DNA of 64,000 nucleotides, taken from Nitrospinota bacterium. GTDB taxonomy: Bacteria; Nitrospinota_A; UBA7883. Where the stretch lies: positions 254,546-318,545 of the forward strand of contig CBDCXE010000002.1 in assembly GCA_965223725.1 (NCBI GenBank). Reading direction: 5' to 3'. Of the stretch, positions 49,202 through 59,210 are shown one piece after another; positions within the stretch are counted from its first letter, which is position 1; the number at the start of each line of letters is the position of its first letter. The translations under genes and the position numbers were made by a program. The notes beneath the pieces were generated by a model. It saw nothing but the letters and a program-made list of their open reading frames with translations. It ran no database searches and was not told the DNA's origin.

Positions 49202-50221
49202 CTATCGGCGCGAAACCCTGCCGGCGCCGCTCTGGTTCCTTTCATGCCACGGCAGGTCATGTTCCGACGCGCCCTTCGCCCGCTCCGACAATGCTTGCGC
49301 CACGGCCCGTTTTTCATACAGCGATCCATCCTGCCGCTCCGGGCCGGTGGGTGGCGCGGCCGTTTGCACGGGCGCCTCACCGCCGGTGGTGGTGGCGACG
49401 CTGGCCCTTGGGGCGCGGACACGGTTCGATACGGCCACCTGGCCGAACGCTCCGCTGTCATTGGTGAATCCGATGGCGACCATATACTCGCGGTCATCAT
49501 GCTCTATGGCCAGGTAATGGCTGTCGGCGGATCGATCTACCGTCGTATCGGTATAACCGCGCGCATCGTCACTATACTCCCGGTCGGTCACATCGTAGGC
49601 GCGCAATGTCCAGTCGGCGCTGGCGGCGTCCACACCCAGTTCGTCAGCCGTCTCCCGGACTCGGCGCTCCATCAGCTCCCAATACAGATATATGCAGTAT
49701 GGGTCCCTGGCGATGGCGACGATTTTATGGTCCCCATAAGACTCCGGAAGTTTTTGCTCCGCTTCAGGTGATATGGTTGATTCAGTCGCAACGGTTTGTT
49801 CATCCGCGGTGAAAAACTTTTTCACACCGCTGGGCGTGATATCCCACTCCCGTTTTTTTCCGTTGGCTTTGTAGGTAACCACCGGCTCCTTGACCTGGGT
49901 CCGCGCGCTCTTTTTGACCGGTTTGACCACACTTTTCGTTTTCACTGGTTTTTTACTTTGCGCAGGCTTCGACTTGGCGGTTGATTTTTTCTTCGCCGTT
50001 GTTTTCGGCTTAGCTTTTTTGGCCGCTGGTTTGCCTTTGGCTTTCGGTTTTTGTATTGCCAAGGTTTTTTTCTTAGCTTTTTTGGCCGCTGGCTTCTTTG
50101 CCGTCAAGGCTTCTATTATCTGCGCCTTGGTCATGGCGGTTTTTACTGCGATTTTCTTCTTTTTGGCAATGCCGAGCAGCTCCGCTTTTTTCAGCTTGGT
50201 ATAGTCGCTTTTTTTCATCAT
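49202..50221 (-). CDS. Rho_N-like N-terminal domain + Lys/Ala-rich histone-H1-like region + conserved C-terminal domain (DUF4912-like)
   Basis: LKKAELLGIAKKKKIA..KAQIIEALTA (Rho termination factor N-terminal-like); about 110 aa K/A/P low-complexity; C-terminal IVAIARDPYCIYLYWEL...WTLRAYDVTD...HYLAIEHDDREYMVAIGF block. Only 30 bp upstream of GH57, so probably co-transcribed. Confidence 0.5.
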   Translation of the reverse strand: MMKKSDYTKLKKAELLGIAKKKKIAVKTAMTKAQIIEALTAKKPAAKKAKKKTLAIQKPKAKGKPAAKKAKPKTTAKKKSTAKSKPAQSKKPVKTKSVVKPVKKSARTQVKEPVVTYKANGKKREWDITPSGVKKFFTADEQTVATESTISPEAEQKLPESYGDHKIVAIARDPYCIYLYWELMERRVRETADELGVDAASADWTLRAYDVTDREYSDDARGYTDTTVDRSADSHYLAIEHDDREYMVAIGFTNDSGAFGQVAVSNRVRAPRASVATTTGGEAPVQTAAPPTGPERQDGSLYEKRAVAQALSERAKGASEHDLPWHERNQSGAGRVSRR

Positions 50222-50239
50222 CTCCTCTTCGATATCAGC

Positions 50240-50833
50240 TTATATCACAGTATGCCACAGTTCGATCACCGCTGACCTGGTATCCTCCTGCGAGCCAGAG
50301 TTATCGATAATATAATCAGCCATTTGCGTCTTTTTCGACAACGGCCACTGGGCGGCGATCCGCTCCTCTATCTCGTTTTGCGCCAGGTCGCCACGCCCCA
50401 GCGCCCTCTCCATCTGGGTCTCCGGATCGCAATATACCACGATGGTTTTATCCATCCGCTTATGCAAGCCAGACTCGAACAGCACCGCCGCGTCCACTAT
50501 CACTATGGCCCCAGGGTCGGTCGAGAAGATTTTATTCGCCCGATCCATCACAACATCTTCGATTATCGGGTGCAGTATACCCTCCAGCGTCACACGCTTT
50601 TCTGGCGACGCGAACACGATTTTGGCCAGCGCCTTCCGGTCCAGGGTTCCATCGCTGTCCAGTATTTTCCGTCCAAATTTAGCGGCCACCTTCTTTAGCC
50701 CCGCCTCACCCGGCTCCACCACTTCGCGGGCAACGATGTCGCAATCGATTATATGCGCCCCCAGCTCCGCCAATATTGACGATACCAGGCTTTTGCCCGT
50801 GCCCAGCCCTCCGGTGAGTCCAATTATCGGCAT
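50240..50833 (-). CDS. coaE: Dephospho-CoA kinase
   Basis: MPIIGLTGGLGTGKSLVS P-loop; CoaE fold blocks. Confidence 0.9.
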   Translation of the reverse strand: MPIIGLTGGLGTGKSLVSSILAELGAHIIDCDIVAREVVEPGEAGLKKVAAKFGRKILDSDGTLDRKALAKIVFASPEKRVTLEGILHPIIEDVVMDRANKIFSTDPGAIVIVDAAVLFESGLHKRMDKTIVVYCDPETQMERALGRGDLAQNEIEERIAAQWPLSKKTQMADYIIDNSGSQEDTRSAVIELWHTVI

Positions 50834-51420
50834 GAATGTAAAAAACCTTTCGGCAGTTCATACCCCAGGTTGGTCAGCGCCGCGGTCAACGCCTCCATCG
50901 GCAGGCCTATTATGTTCGTTTTGCTGCCGGAATAGCCCTCCACCCAGACCCCGGCGGCGCCTTGTATGGCATACCCGCCCGCCTTGTCCATCGGCTCTTC
51001 GGTCTGTATATAATCCTCTATCCAATCATCCGGGATATTATTTAGGCGTACGGTGGATATGCCCGCTTCTGTATAGCGAACCCCCTTGTCCAGATGAGCG
51101 ACCGCGAACCCGGTGATGACCATATGCCGCCGCCCCGACAACCGGCCCAGCATATCGCGCGCCTGCCCTCGGTCGGCTGGTTTGCCGATCACTTCATCAT
51201 CCAGTATAACTATGGTATCCGCGCCGATCACCAGCTGATCTGGATAGATTTCCGCCACCGCCGAGGCTTTGCGCAGGGCCACCGCTTTTGCGTTATCTTC
51301 ATGTGTCAACGAGCTGTCGAACGTCTCGTCCACATGGGATGGGTGTACCAGAAAATCGATCCCTGTCGCCGACAGCAATTCAGCCCGGCGGGGGGATGAT
51401 GAGGCCAGGATCAAACGCAT
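50824..51420 (-). CDS. maf: Maf-family nucleoside triphosphate pyrophosphatase (septum formation protein)
   Basis: MRLILASSSPRRAELL...; GADTIV; overlaps the coaE start by 10 bp. Confidence 0.9.
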   Translation of the reverse strand: MRLILASSSPRRAELLSATGIDFLVHPSHVDETFDSSLTHEDNAKAVALRKASAVAEIYPDQLVIGADTIVILDDEVIGKPADRGQARDMLGRLSGRRHMVITGFAVAHLDKGVRYTEAGISTVRLNNIPDDWIEDYIQTEEPMDKAGGYAIQGAAGVWVEGYSGSKTNIIGLPMEALTAALTNLGYELPKGFLHSCR

Positions 51421-51462
51421 TGTCCCCTGGCCGTTTTATGGAGAGACATACCGGTGGCTATT

Positions 51463-52011
51463 TCAATAAGCAGAAGATTTGGGGTTGTAGAAAGTGACCT
51501 CGGAGCGGCCCAGCAGTCCATCTTTGCCATAGGTCTCGAACATGCTGACTATGGAATCGGAGCTTATAAACCATTTGATAGAAATTTTTCCGTTCTCTTC
51601 CTCCTGCGTGAACTGCACACTGGAGCCAGACACAGTACCCTTCGGAAATTCTGCCAGCGGCCTGTCGTTGCTGTCATATATGCCCAGCCCGGCGGTGGAG
51701 CCGGATATGGCCAGGACCACGATCACACCTGGTTCTTTATCATCCTTATCCAGATAATTGCTGAACCGATAGCTGTTCAGCTCCTTGCGCGAGCGGATAT
51801 CCACCACGCTGCGGAACTTTTTTTCCCAAACTTTTGGTGTGGGCGCCCTGGTGTAAAACACCGAGTGGGCATTAAAAGTTTTTGTATAGCTGGCGCCTTG
51901 TTTGGGTGAATTATCTTTATTCACCGACTTTGTAGATGCGCAACCTGCCATCAGCACCAGCGTCAGCGCCAGGGCCAACGACTTATAAACAGTCATATCC
52001 AAATCAACCAT
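51463..52011 (-). CDS. Hypothetical lipoprotein
   Basis: Lipobox LMAGCAS; 182 aa; no recognisable domain. Confidence 0.4.
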   Translation of the reverse strand: MVDLDMTVYKSLALALTLVLMAGCASTKSVNKDNSPKQGASYTKTFNAHSVFYTRAPTPKVWEKKFRSVVDIRSRKELNSYRFSNYLDKDDKEPGVIVVLAISGSTAGLGIYDSNDRPLAEFPKGTVSGSSVQFTQEEENGKISIKWFISSDSIVSMFETYGKDGLLGRSEVTFYNPKSSAY

Positions 52012-52059
52012 CCGTATAAAAATTCAAGCGGCATTTTAGCACAGAATACAGCGCAAGGC

Positions 52060-54261
52060 TCACATCACATCCACCGGGTCCACATCCACAGATATCCGGA
52101 CCGCGCCGCCCCCGCCGCCCTGGATCAGCTCCGCCCGCGATAAAAACTGCCTGATGCCCTTCGAAAGGCTTACCGGGTCGGGCGCTTTTATCAATATCCG
52201 CCAGCGGTACCGGTTGCGCGCCTTGAACACCACCGCCTCCACCGGGCCGAAAACTTCTACCCTTTTGTTGTTGGCCTGCACATGTTTAATGGCCTGCGCC
52301 ACCTTTTCAACAAAGCGCTCCCCTCCGGTTTTCGAACCAGAGTCTATCCGGATCAAGGCCAGCCGTTTAAAGGGCGGATAACCGGCCAGCTCCCTGACCT
52401 TTATCTCTGTATTGTAAAACGATTTATAGTCATGCTGTATCGCTGTCTCAACACTGTGGTGGTTGCTGCTGTGGGTCTGGACCATTACCAGCCCACCCTT
52501 GTCGCCCCGGCCGGCGCGCCCGGCGCTTTGCGTTATCTGCTGAAAGGTCCTCTCGCCTGCGCGGAAATCGGGTATGTGCAAGGCGTCATCGGCGCTGATC
52601 ACGCCGACGAAGGTGATGCCTGGGTAGTCGTGCCCTTTGGTGATCATCTGCGTGCCGACCAGGATATCGGTCCCGCCGGTCTCCATCCCATCCAGTATCC
52701 TTCTGGACGAGTCCCGCTTTGCCGTGGTGTCCCGGTCCATCCGGACAACCTTGGCCGATGGAAACAGCTGGGACAGCTCGCCGGCCACACTCTGTGTGCC
52801 TGTCCCGCCCTCATACAGCTCCCCCTCAGCGCATTCAGGGCATTTATCGGGGGCCGGCTCTCGATATCCGCAGGTATGGCATTTCAGCGCGGCGCTGTCG
52901 GAATGGTACACCAGGCTCAACGAGCAGTTCCTGCATTCATACACATGGCCGCATCGCTGGCACTGGATATAGCGCGCCGACCCCCGCCGGTTCAGGAATA
53001 TCAGCGACTGCTCTTTCTTTTCCAGCCGCGCCTCGATCTCCTCCATCAACCGCGCGCCCAGTTTGCTGTTCGGTTCCGGGGTTTCGATCTCCACCCTCGG
53101 CATCTCCCGCTTTTCGATCCGTTCGGTCAACTCTATCAGCCGGTATTTGCCGGTCACCGCGTTGTGATAGCTCTCCATCGCCGGGGTGGCGGAGCCGAGC
53201 AGAACCGGAACATTTTCCAGCGACCCCCTCATCACCGCCAGATCGCGGCCATGATACCTGGGCGCTTCCTCCTGCTTATAGGCCGGATCGTGCTCCTCAT
53301 CCACAATGATCAGCCCCAGGTCGTCCAACGGCGCGAACAGGGCCGACCGGGCGCCCACCACCACCCTCGCCTCGCCGCTGCGGATTTTCTCCCACCGGAT
53401 GGCCCGCTCCCGCGGTTTCAGGTCGGAATGGATGACTGTCACTTCGGCGTCCAGCCGCTTTTCGAGCCGCTCCGCCAGCAGGTTGCACAGCGCGATCTCC
53501 GGCGCCAGCGCCAGCACAGATTTGCCGTTGTCGAAAACTTTTCGGGCCAGGCTCGCGTATATCTCCGTTTTGCCGGAGCCGGTGACGCCATGGATCAGGC
53601 TCACCTGGAAGCTGTCCTTATCGATATCATCGGCGACCATACGCTCCGCCGCTTTCTGTTGATCGGTCAGTTTTACCCGGGCCGGTTTTGTGATCGCTTT
53701 CTCATCAGTATCGATCTTTCGTTTAGAAATCAGCCTCCACGCCTGTCGCCGGTTGGTGAAGTTTTTAACCGTTTGGCCCGCCAGGACCTGCTTTAGTTTC
53801 GTCACTGTGATTCCCAGATCCTTGGCCAGCAGGTCCAGCTTCCGCATTCCGCCTTTCCCTTGCAGCGCATCATAGATATCCTGCGCCATTTTCGACCTGG
53901 TGTTTGGTGGTTCGGCGCCGGTCAGCTCCACGATATTTTCCAGCTTGCCATCGTCCCGCGGCAGGATAAGGGCCGCCACCGCGCCGGGCGGGGCGAAGTA
54001 GTATTCGGCGGTCCATAACGCAAGTTTTATCATTTTGTCCGAAACCACCGGCTCCGGGTCTATGACTTGCAAGATTGGTTTTGTGTCGATATCGGAGGTT
54101 TCGGTTCGGGCGACGATCAAGCCGATCAGCTTTTTGGCGCCAAAGGGAACCAGCGCGCGCTTGCCCGGGGTTGCGTCCGCGCTCAAAAGATCCGGCGCGT
54201 GATAGGTGAACAGGGAGCGAACCGGCCTGGGGACGATAACCTGCGCGTACGGTTTGCTCAA
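52060..54261 (-). CDS. priA: Primosomal protein N' (replication restart helicase)
   Basis: Walker A GVTGSGKTE; DEAH-like VDEEHD; Cys-rich zinc-binding region CQRCGHVYECRNCSLSLVYH...CHTCGY...CPECAEG; 733 aa. Confidence 0.95.
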   Translation of the reverse strand: MSKPYAQVIVPRPVRSLFTYHAPDLLSADATPGKRALVPFGAKKLIGLIVARTETSDIDTKPILQVIDPEPVVSDKMIKLALWTAEYYFAPPGAVAALILPRDDGKLENIVELTGAEPPNTRSKMAQDIYDALQGKGGMRKLDLLAKDLGITVTKLKQVLAGQTVKNFTNRRQAWRLISKRKIDTDEKAITKPARVKLTDQQKAAERMVADDIDKDSFQVSLIHGVTGSGKTEIYASLARKVFDNGKSVLALAPEIALCNLLAERLEKRLDAEVTVIHSDLKPRERAIRWEKIRSGEARVVVGARSALFAPLDDLGLIIVDEEHDPAYKQEEAPRYHGRDLAVMRGSLENVPVLLGSATPAMESYHNAVTGKYRLIELTERIEKREMPRVEIETPEPNSKLGARLMEEIEARLEKKEQSLIFLNRRGSARYIQCQRCGHVYECRNCSLSLVYHSDSAALKCHTCGYREPAPDKCPECAEGELYEGGTGTQSVAGELSQLFPSAKVVRMDRDTTAKRDSSRRILDGMETGGTDILVGTQMITKGHDYPGITFVGVISADDALHIPDFRAGERTFQQITQSAGRAGRGDKGGLVMVQTHSSNHHSVETAIQHDYKSFYNTEIKVRELAGYPPFKRLALIRIDSGSKTGGERFVEKVAQAIKHVQANNKRVEVFGPVEAVVFKARNRYRWRILIKAPDPVSLSKGIRQFLSRAELIQGGGGGAVRISVDVDPVDVM

Positions 54262-54393
54262 TACTATGGCTCCAATTTATAGTGGCCCAAGGGCCGGGGC
54301 GCCCGGGGCGCAAATTGACAAGGCAACAATTTAATATATAATTCAATTGTTGTCAGAAGAAATTTTCGCATACCTATAATTCGAAGGTCCAAA

Positions 54394-55725
54394 GTGGCAT
54401 ATAACGCCTGGTTTGAGTGCTTTAATAGCGAATGTGGTGAACGGTACGACCTCACCGAGATAATCTATAACTGCCGTAAATGCGGGTCGCTGTTGCAGGT
54501 GGCCCACGATTATGACGAGTTTACCAAAACCTCCGCCGACGAATGGAAAACTATTTTCCGGGACCGGCAGCGGCGCAGCGTCTGGCCCTACGGCTCCGGC
54601 GTGTGGAAAATGAAAGAATGGGTGCTGCCGAACATCGAGGACGACAACATCGTCTCCATGTACGAGGGCGAATCGAACCTGTTCTGGGCCAGCCGGCTGG
54701 GACGGGAGGTGGGCGTCGAGGACCTATGGATAAAACTGTGCGGCAACAGCCATACCGGCTCGTTCAAGGACCTGGGGATGACGGTATTGGTCTCCATGGT
54801 CAAGCAGATGAAATCGCAAGGCAAAAACATCCGCGCCGTGGCGTGCGCCTCCACCGGCGACACTTCGGCGGCGCTGGCGGCCTATTGCGCGGCGGCGGAG
54901 ATCCAGTCGGTGGTGTTCCTGCCGAAGAACAAGGTCTCGCCGGAGCAGCTTATACAGCCGATAGCCAACGGCGCGCTGGTGCTGGCCATCGATTCTGATT
55001 TTGACGGGTGCATGAAAATCGTCCAGGAGGTAACCCAGGACGAGACCATATACCTGGCCAACTCCAAAAACTCGTTACGCATCGAAGGGCAGAAGACCGT
55101 GGCGGTGGAGATGGTCCAGCAGTTCGACTGGGAGGCGCCGGATGTGGTGGTGATCCCCGGCGGCAACCTGGGCAATGTGTCGGCGCTGGGCAAAGGGTTC
55201 TTGCTGATGGAGCGGGTGGGGATAATAAACAAGCGCCCCAGGATCGTCTGCGCCCAGGCAGAGAAGGCCAACCCGCTGTACCGCTATTACCAGGCGGGCT
55301 ATAAAGACTATGGCCCTATCCAGGCTGACCCCACATACGCCAGCGCCATACAGATCGGCGATCCGGTCTCTCTGGAAAAGGCGGTGAGCATACTGAAAAA
55401 ATTCAACGGAATAGTGGAGCAGGCGACCGAGCAGGAGCTGGCCGACGCGTGCGCCCGGGGTGACATGACCGGGATGTACACCTGCCCGCACACCGGTGTG
55501 GCATTGGCGGCGCTGTTCAAGCTGATCGACAAAGGTGAAATAAAATCGAGCGACAAGGTGGTGGTGGTCTCCACCGCGCATGGCTTGAAGTTTTCCAACT
55601 TCAAGCTCGACTACCATAAAGGCTCGTTGCAGGATATAAACAATAAATACGCAAACATGCCGATCGAGCTGCCAGCCGATACCGCCGCTGTGTTAAAAGC
55701 GATCGACCAACGTATCAGCGGCTAG
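54394..55725 (+). CDS. thrC: Threonine synthase (long form with N-terminal zinc-ribbon-like)
   Basis: N-terminal [10 protein letters not shown]...CRKCGS; PLP-lysine block [15 protein letters not shown]; PALP fold blocks. Confidence 0.95.
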   Translation: MAYNAWFECFNSECGERYDLTEIIYNCRKCGSLLQVAHDYDEFTKTSADEWKTIFRDRQRRSVWPYGSGVWKMKEWVLPNIEDDNIVSMYEGESNLFWASRLGREVGVEDLWIKLCGNSHTGSFKDLGMTVLVSMVKQMKSQGKNIRAVACASTGDTSAALAAYCAAAEIQSVVFLPKNKVSPEQLIQPIANGALVLAIDSDFDGCMKIVQEVTQDETIYLANSKNSLRIEGQKTVAVEMVQQFDWEAPDVVVIPGGNLGNVSALGKGFLLMERVGIINKRPRIVCAQAEKANPLYRYYQAGYKDYGPIQADPTYASAIQIGDPVSLEKAVSILKKFNGIVEQATEQELADACARGDMTGMYTCPHTGVALAALFKLIDKGEIKSSDKVVVVSTAHGLKFSNFKLDYHKGSLQDINNKYANMPIELPADTAAVLKAIDQRISG

Positions 55726-55746
55726 ACCTGAATCGCAATTAAATTT

Positions 55747-56544
55747 ATGGAGTATCAAATGACCCTTTACAAAATAAGAACAGAATTTACATTAATCGCC
55801 ATTGCGGTTCTATTAATCGTGGCGGCTCCCTCATATGCGGGGGTGGAGATGGAGCGGAGTGATGGTGGGAAAATGTATTTCTCGAAAGGTTTGGTTAAGC
55901 ATGTCCAGCCCTCCATGGAGCAGGGGATATGGCACCTGATGGACGCTGACAAAGGCTTGTTTTATATGATCAGCGATGATAAGAAAGCTTATACCAGCAC
56001 CACCCCGCAAGAGTTTTGCGACCAGTTCACCGCGATGTTGGGCGGTATGATGGAGCAGATGATGAAAAACCTGCCGGAAGAACAGAGAAAGCAGATGGAA
56101 GAAGCGAGGAAAGCCAGCCCAAAAGTTGATGTAGAGGTGAAAAGCAAAGGCGCCGGCGGATCGGTCGCCGGGTATGATACGGAAAAGTTCGAGATATCAT
56201 CCAACGGCGCCATCTATGGAAACGCCTGGATAACCAGAGATGATTCTTTATTAGACGAGTTTGGTGACAGCAGGGTAAAACTTGCCGGCATGATCGACAA
56301 GGCCACCGGTTGCCTGAGCAAAATGACCCGGGGCAGGCTGGGTGAGCCGGACATAGCGGCGTCGAGGGCGTATACATCTTTGTTGGATGAAGGGTTGATC
56401 ATGAAAGAGGTTCATAAAGGGAAAACCCGGTATGAGGTAAAGAAGATCGAGAGAAAAGAACTCCCGGATTCTATGTTTCAGGTGCCTGATGGGTATAGAA
56501 AGGTGCCGTTTACCACGCTGCTGGGCATACCGGTTATGCAGTAA
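55747..56544 (+). CDS. Hypothetical secreted/periplasmic protein
   Basis: Signal/TM (FTLIAIAVLLIVAAPSYAGV); Met/Gln-rich middle (MLGGMMEQMMKNLPEEQRKQMEE); no recognised domain. Confidence 0.4.
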   Translation: MEYQMTLYKIRTEFTLIAIAVLLIVAAPSYAGVEMERSDGGKMYFSKGLVKHVQPSMEQGIWHLMDADKGLFYMISDDKKAYTSTTPQEFCDQFTAMLGGMMEQMMKNLPEEQRKQMEEARKASPKVDVEVKSKGAGGSVAGYDTEKFEISSNGAIYGNAWITRDDSLLDEFGDSRVKLAGMIDKATGCLSKMTRGRLGEPDIAASRAYTSLLDEGLIMKEVHKGKTRYEVKKIERKELPDSMFQVPDGYRKVPFTTLLGIPVMQ

Positions 56545-56574
56545 GGGGCCGTCGCCAGGCAATCCGGCCCCGGT

Positions 56575-57381
56575 CTATTTAAGGCTTTTCAACCTTTGGC
56601 TGGCGAATTTTTTGGCGGCCAGCGCATTGGTTTTTATAAAGTCGCTGACTTCCTGATGGTCCCGGGACGCGGCTATTATCGCATCGAGCGAGCGGATCGT
56701 CTCCTTCAGCGCGTCGCGGGACTGGATCTTGCCAAACTGCCCGGCGCCAGTGACCGGGTCATCCAGGTCCACCCCGGACAATTGCAGGACTTTCTGCTTT
56801 TCGTATGACAGGTCGAACCGGTCTCTGGATGGCACCTTTACCACTATCACCTTCGGCGGCGGCATTTTCGGGATATCGACTTTGATCTCCTGTACCGGCG
56901 CAGGCCCAGTCTCTTCACCTGTGGCTGCTTCCGGCTTCTTCTCGGCGATTTTCAATATTGCTTCGGTCTGCTTTTGCAGGGCGGTTACAAGCGATCGGTT
57001 GGTTTTGTTTATACTATCCAGCATGGCGACGATCTTCACGTTTTGATCATTGTTGGGCCTGGGTTGTTTCGCTACAACCGCTGGCTCTTTGTCCGGCAGT
57101 TTGACAGGCTCCGTTACCACAGTTTCCTGGTCACCGGCGCCTCCTGGATATAGCTCCATAACGGTAAGCGCAAGCAAGGTCGCAAATGGCGCAGCCAATA
57201 CAATCGCCAGAAACAGTTTTAAATAAGAGATGCTACCATTAACAGCAGGGCGTCTGCTTTCATCCGTTTTTTCACCATCATCGTTGTCGGTTTCGCGCCG
57301 TCCATAGATAATAGCGCGATCGTCGTCGTCCAGCGGCAGATTAACCCGAACCCGCGGGGAAGTTTCTTCACCATCCATCAA
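56575..57381 (-). CDS. Hypothetical single-pass membrane protein
   Basis: Acidic N-terminus, TM (YLKLFLAIVLAAPFATLLALTVM), Pro/Glu-rich linker, C-terminal domain. Confidence 0.35.
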   Translation of the reverse strand: MMDGEETSPRVRVNLPLDDDDRAIIYGRRETDNDDGEKTDESRRPAVNGSISYLKLFLAIVLAAPFATLLALTVMELYPGGAGDQETVVTEPVKLPDKEPAVVAKQPRPNNDQNVKIVAMLDSINKTNRSLVTALQKQTEAILKIAEKKPEAATGEETGPAPVQEIKVDIPKMPPPKVIVVKVPSRDRFDLSYEKQKVLQLSGVDLDDPVTGAGQFGKIQSRDALKETIRSLDAIIAASRDHQEVSDFIKTNALAAKKFASQRLKSLK

Positions 57382-57505
57382 TTGAATTAACCTCTAATAG
57401 AGTTGGAAATAATTTTATACTTAACGCAAGCTATAGGTGATAAAAGCATTGTAATACCTTAACCTGAATTGAAGCAAAAAGTAGTTTTATAGTATAACGT
57501 ACGCC

Positions 57506-58003
57506 ATGAATATAAAAAACATTTTAACATATACAATTATCGCCGCCGGGGTCGTGGCATTGTTGATGGGCTATGACGCCGGGCCGGAGGGCCCGTCCGG
57601 CGGGTATGTGGTGGATGTGTTCGACGGTGATACCATACTGGTGGATACCGGCGCCAAAAAAATGAAAGTGCGCCTGCTGGGGATAGACACACCAGAGAAA
57701 AAAGGACCATATACAAAAGCGGAAGCAGGCGGCGCAGAAGCCAGCCGCAGAGCCCGGGAGCTGGCGTTGGAGCAGGAGATTGATCTTCAGTATGGCTCCG
57801 ATTATATATGGGACAAATATGGCAGACTGCTGGCCTATGTGGTTCTGCCAGATGGGCGGGCAATGAACGAAATCCTGTTAAAGGAGGGCCTTGCAAAGGT
57901 CTATCGCAGGTCGGATCATGACGAGAGGGATCGCTATCTCCATCTGGAGGAAAAGGCGCGTCGTGCCTGCCTGGGGTTATGGAAGAAGAGCTGTAAACGG
58001 TAA
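57506..58003 (+). CDS. Thermonuclease (staphylococcal nuclease homologue)
   Basis: VVDVFDGDTILVDTGAKKMKVRLLGIDTPE...YGRLLAYV SNase catalytic blocks; N-terminal TM/signal. Confidence 0.8.
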   Translation: MNIKNILTYTIIAAGVVALLMGYDAGPEGPSGGYVVDVFDGDTILVDTGAKKMKVRLLGIDTPEKKGPYTKAEAGGAEASRRARELALEQEIDLQYGSDYIWDKYGRLLAYVVLPDGRAMNEILLKEGLAKVYRRSDHDERDRYLHLEEKARRACLGLWKKSCKR

Positions 58004-58004
58004 A

Positions 58005-59012
58005 CTATTCCAGCTGGCTCTGTTTCAGTTTCTCCAACCCCTCTTGCTCCGGGAAACCGAAGAGCATGTATATGATCCCGCCGAATACCACCAGCGCGAT
58101 ACCAATACCGAACACACACAACGACAGGCTGATTGCCTGATCCGCGCTCATGCCCACGTGCCCGAACAGCAGCACATAGCCGCCCTCGCGCACGCCGATG
58201 CCGGAGATCGATACCGGTATAAGGGTGATCGCCGTGATTATAGGCACGAACACACAAAGCGTGATCGGGTCCACATCGATCCGCAACGCCAATGACATCA
58301 CATAGACTATAAGTATCCGGTTGATCTGGACCAGCAGAGCGCCCAGCACAGCAGGGATCAGCGAGTCTATATTGCCTATATAATGTTTCAATGCTTCGTA
58401 CAACGATTCCAGCTTCGCATAGAAATTTTGATATCCAAACCTGTCTGTTATTCCTTTCGCCAGCCGCATCACCGATTTGGCGAACAGGATCGCGATCACA
58501 CCCGCCAGGAACCCGGTCACCAGCCCCTTTGTTATGGCCGACATCATCGGCGTGTCCGGCAACAGGTCAGAGAACATAACCGCAGAGAAAAACGCGATGG
58601 TGAACAGCACCACATAGCCAATGAGCCGGAATATGAACAGCGATGAGAGCGCCTCGGACTTGCTGCCGATATATTTCGACAGGCCCAGTATCTTCACGAA
58701 ATCCGGCCCGGCGGAGGAGGGAAAGATAAAGCCGATATAGTTCGACACGAACACGATCTGTAGCATTTTCATCAGCGGCGTCCTTTTGTCCCGGGTGGCG
58801 ATCATGCCGTTCCATGCGATGCAGACGACCACCTGCTCCAGAAATATCATGAGTATCCCCAGCAATAGCCAGCCCGGTTTGGCGGCCATGAGGGTGGCCG
58901 CGATCTTCTGTAGCTCTGCGTGGGTGACCAGGGCGGCGATGATCGTCAGGGAGATAGCCCAACGCATCCATTTGGGCAGGCCTTTGCTTTTCGGCGTATC
59001 ACTATCTGTCAA
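58005..59012 (-). CDS. UPF0104 / lysylphosphatidylglycerol-synthase-TM-like (flippase-like) membrane protein
   Basis: About 8 TM; N-terminal GLPKWMRWAISLTIIAALVTHAELQKIAATL typical of YbhN/UPF0104. Confidence 0.55.
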   Translation of the reverse strand: MTDSDTPKSKGLPKWMRWAISLTIIAALVTHAELQKIAATLMAAKPGWLLLGILMIFLEQVVVCIAWNGMIATRDKRTPLMKMLQIVFVSNYIGFIFPSSAGPDFVKILGLSKYIGSKSEALSSLFIFRLIGYVVLFTIAFFSAVMFSDLLPDTPMMSAITKGLVTGFLAGVIAILFAKSVMRLAKGITDRFGYQNFYAKLESLYEALKHYIGNIDSLIPAVLGALLVQINRILIVYVMSLALRIDVDPITLCVFVPIITAITLIPVSISGIGVREGGYVLLFGHVGMSADQAISLSLCVFGIGIALVVFGGIIYMLFGFPEQEGLEKLKQSQLE

Positions 59013-59045
59013 AGGTAATCCTCAATATATACTCTCTGATGTAAA

Positions 59046-59099
59046 CGGATAAGTATATATCAACTGCCATGGGCAGTCCAAACGCCATGGGCGGCCCAA
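59046..59099 (+). repeat. Three degenerate 18-bp tandem units in the intergenic region
   Basis: gccatgggcagtccaaac / gccatgggcggcccaaac / gctatgccagcccggaac. Confidence 0.5.
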
Positions 59100-59210
59100 A
59101 CGCTATGCCAGCCCGGAACGGACTGACGCGCTTGCAAAGTTCATTTCCTGTCACGCCGGGCGCTTTACGCACTAGCAGGATTGCTGGCGATGGCCGCGCC
59201 GTTTATCCGG

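Noticed and set aside
54543-54998. 151-aa plus-strand ORF within thrC in an alternative frame
   Set aside because: It is embedded in the well-conserved thrC reading frame and has an Arg/Gly/Pro-rich translation. It is spurious.
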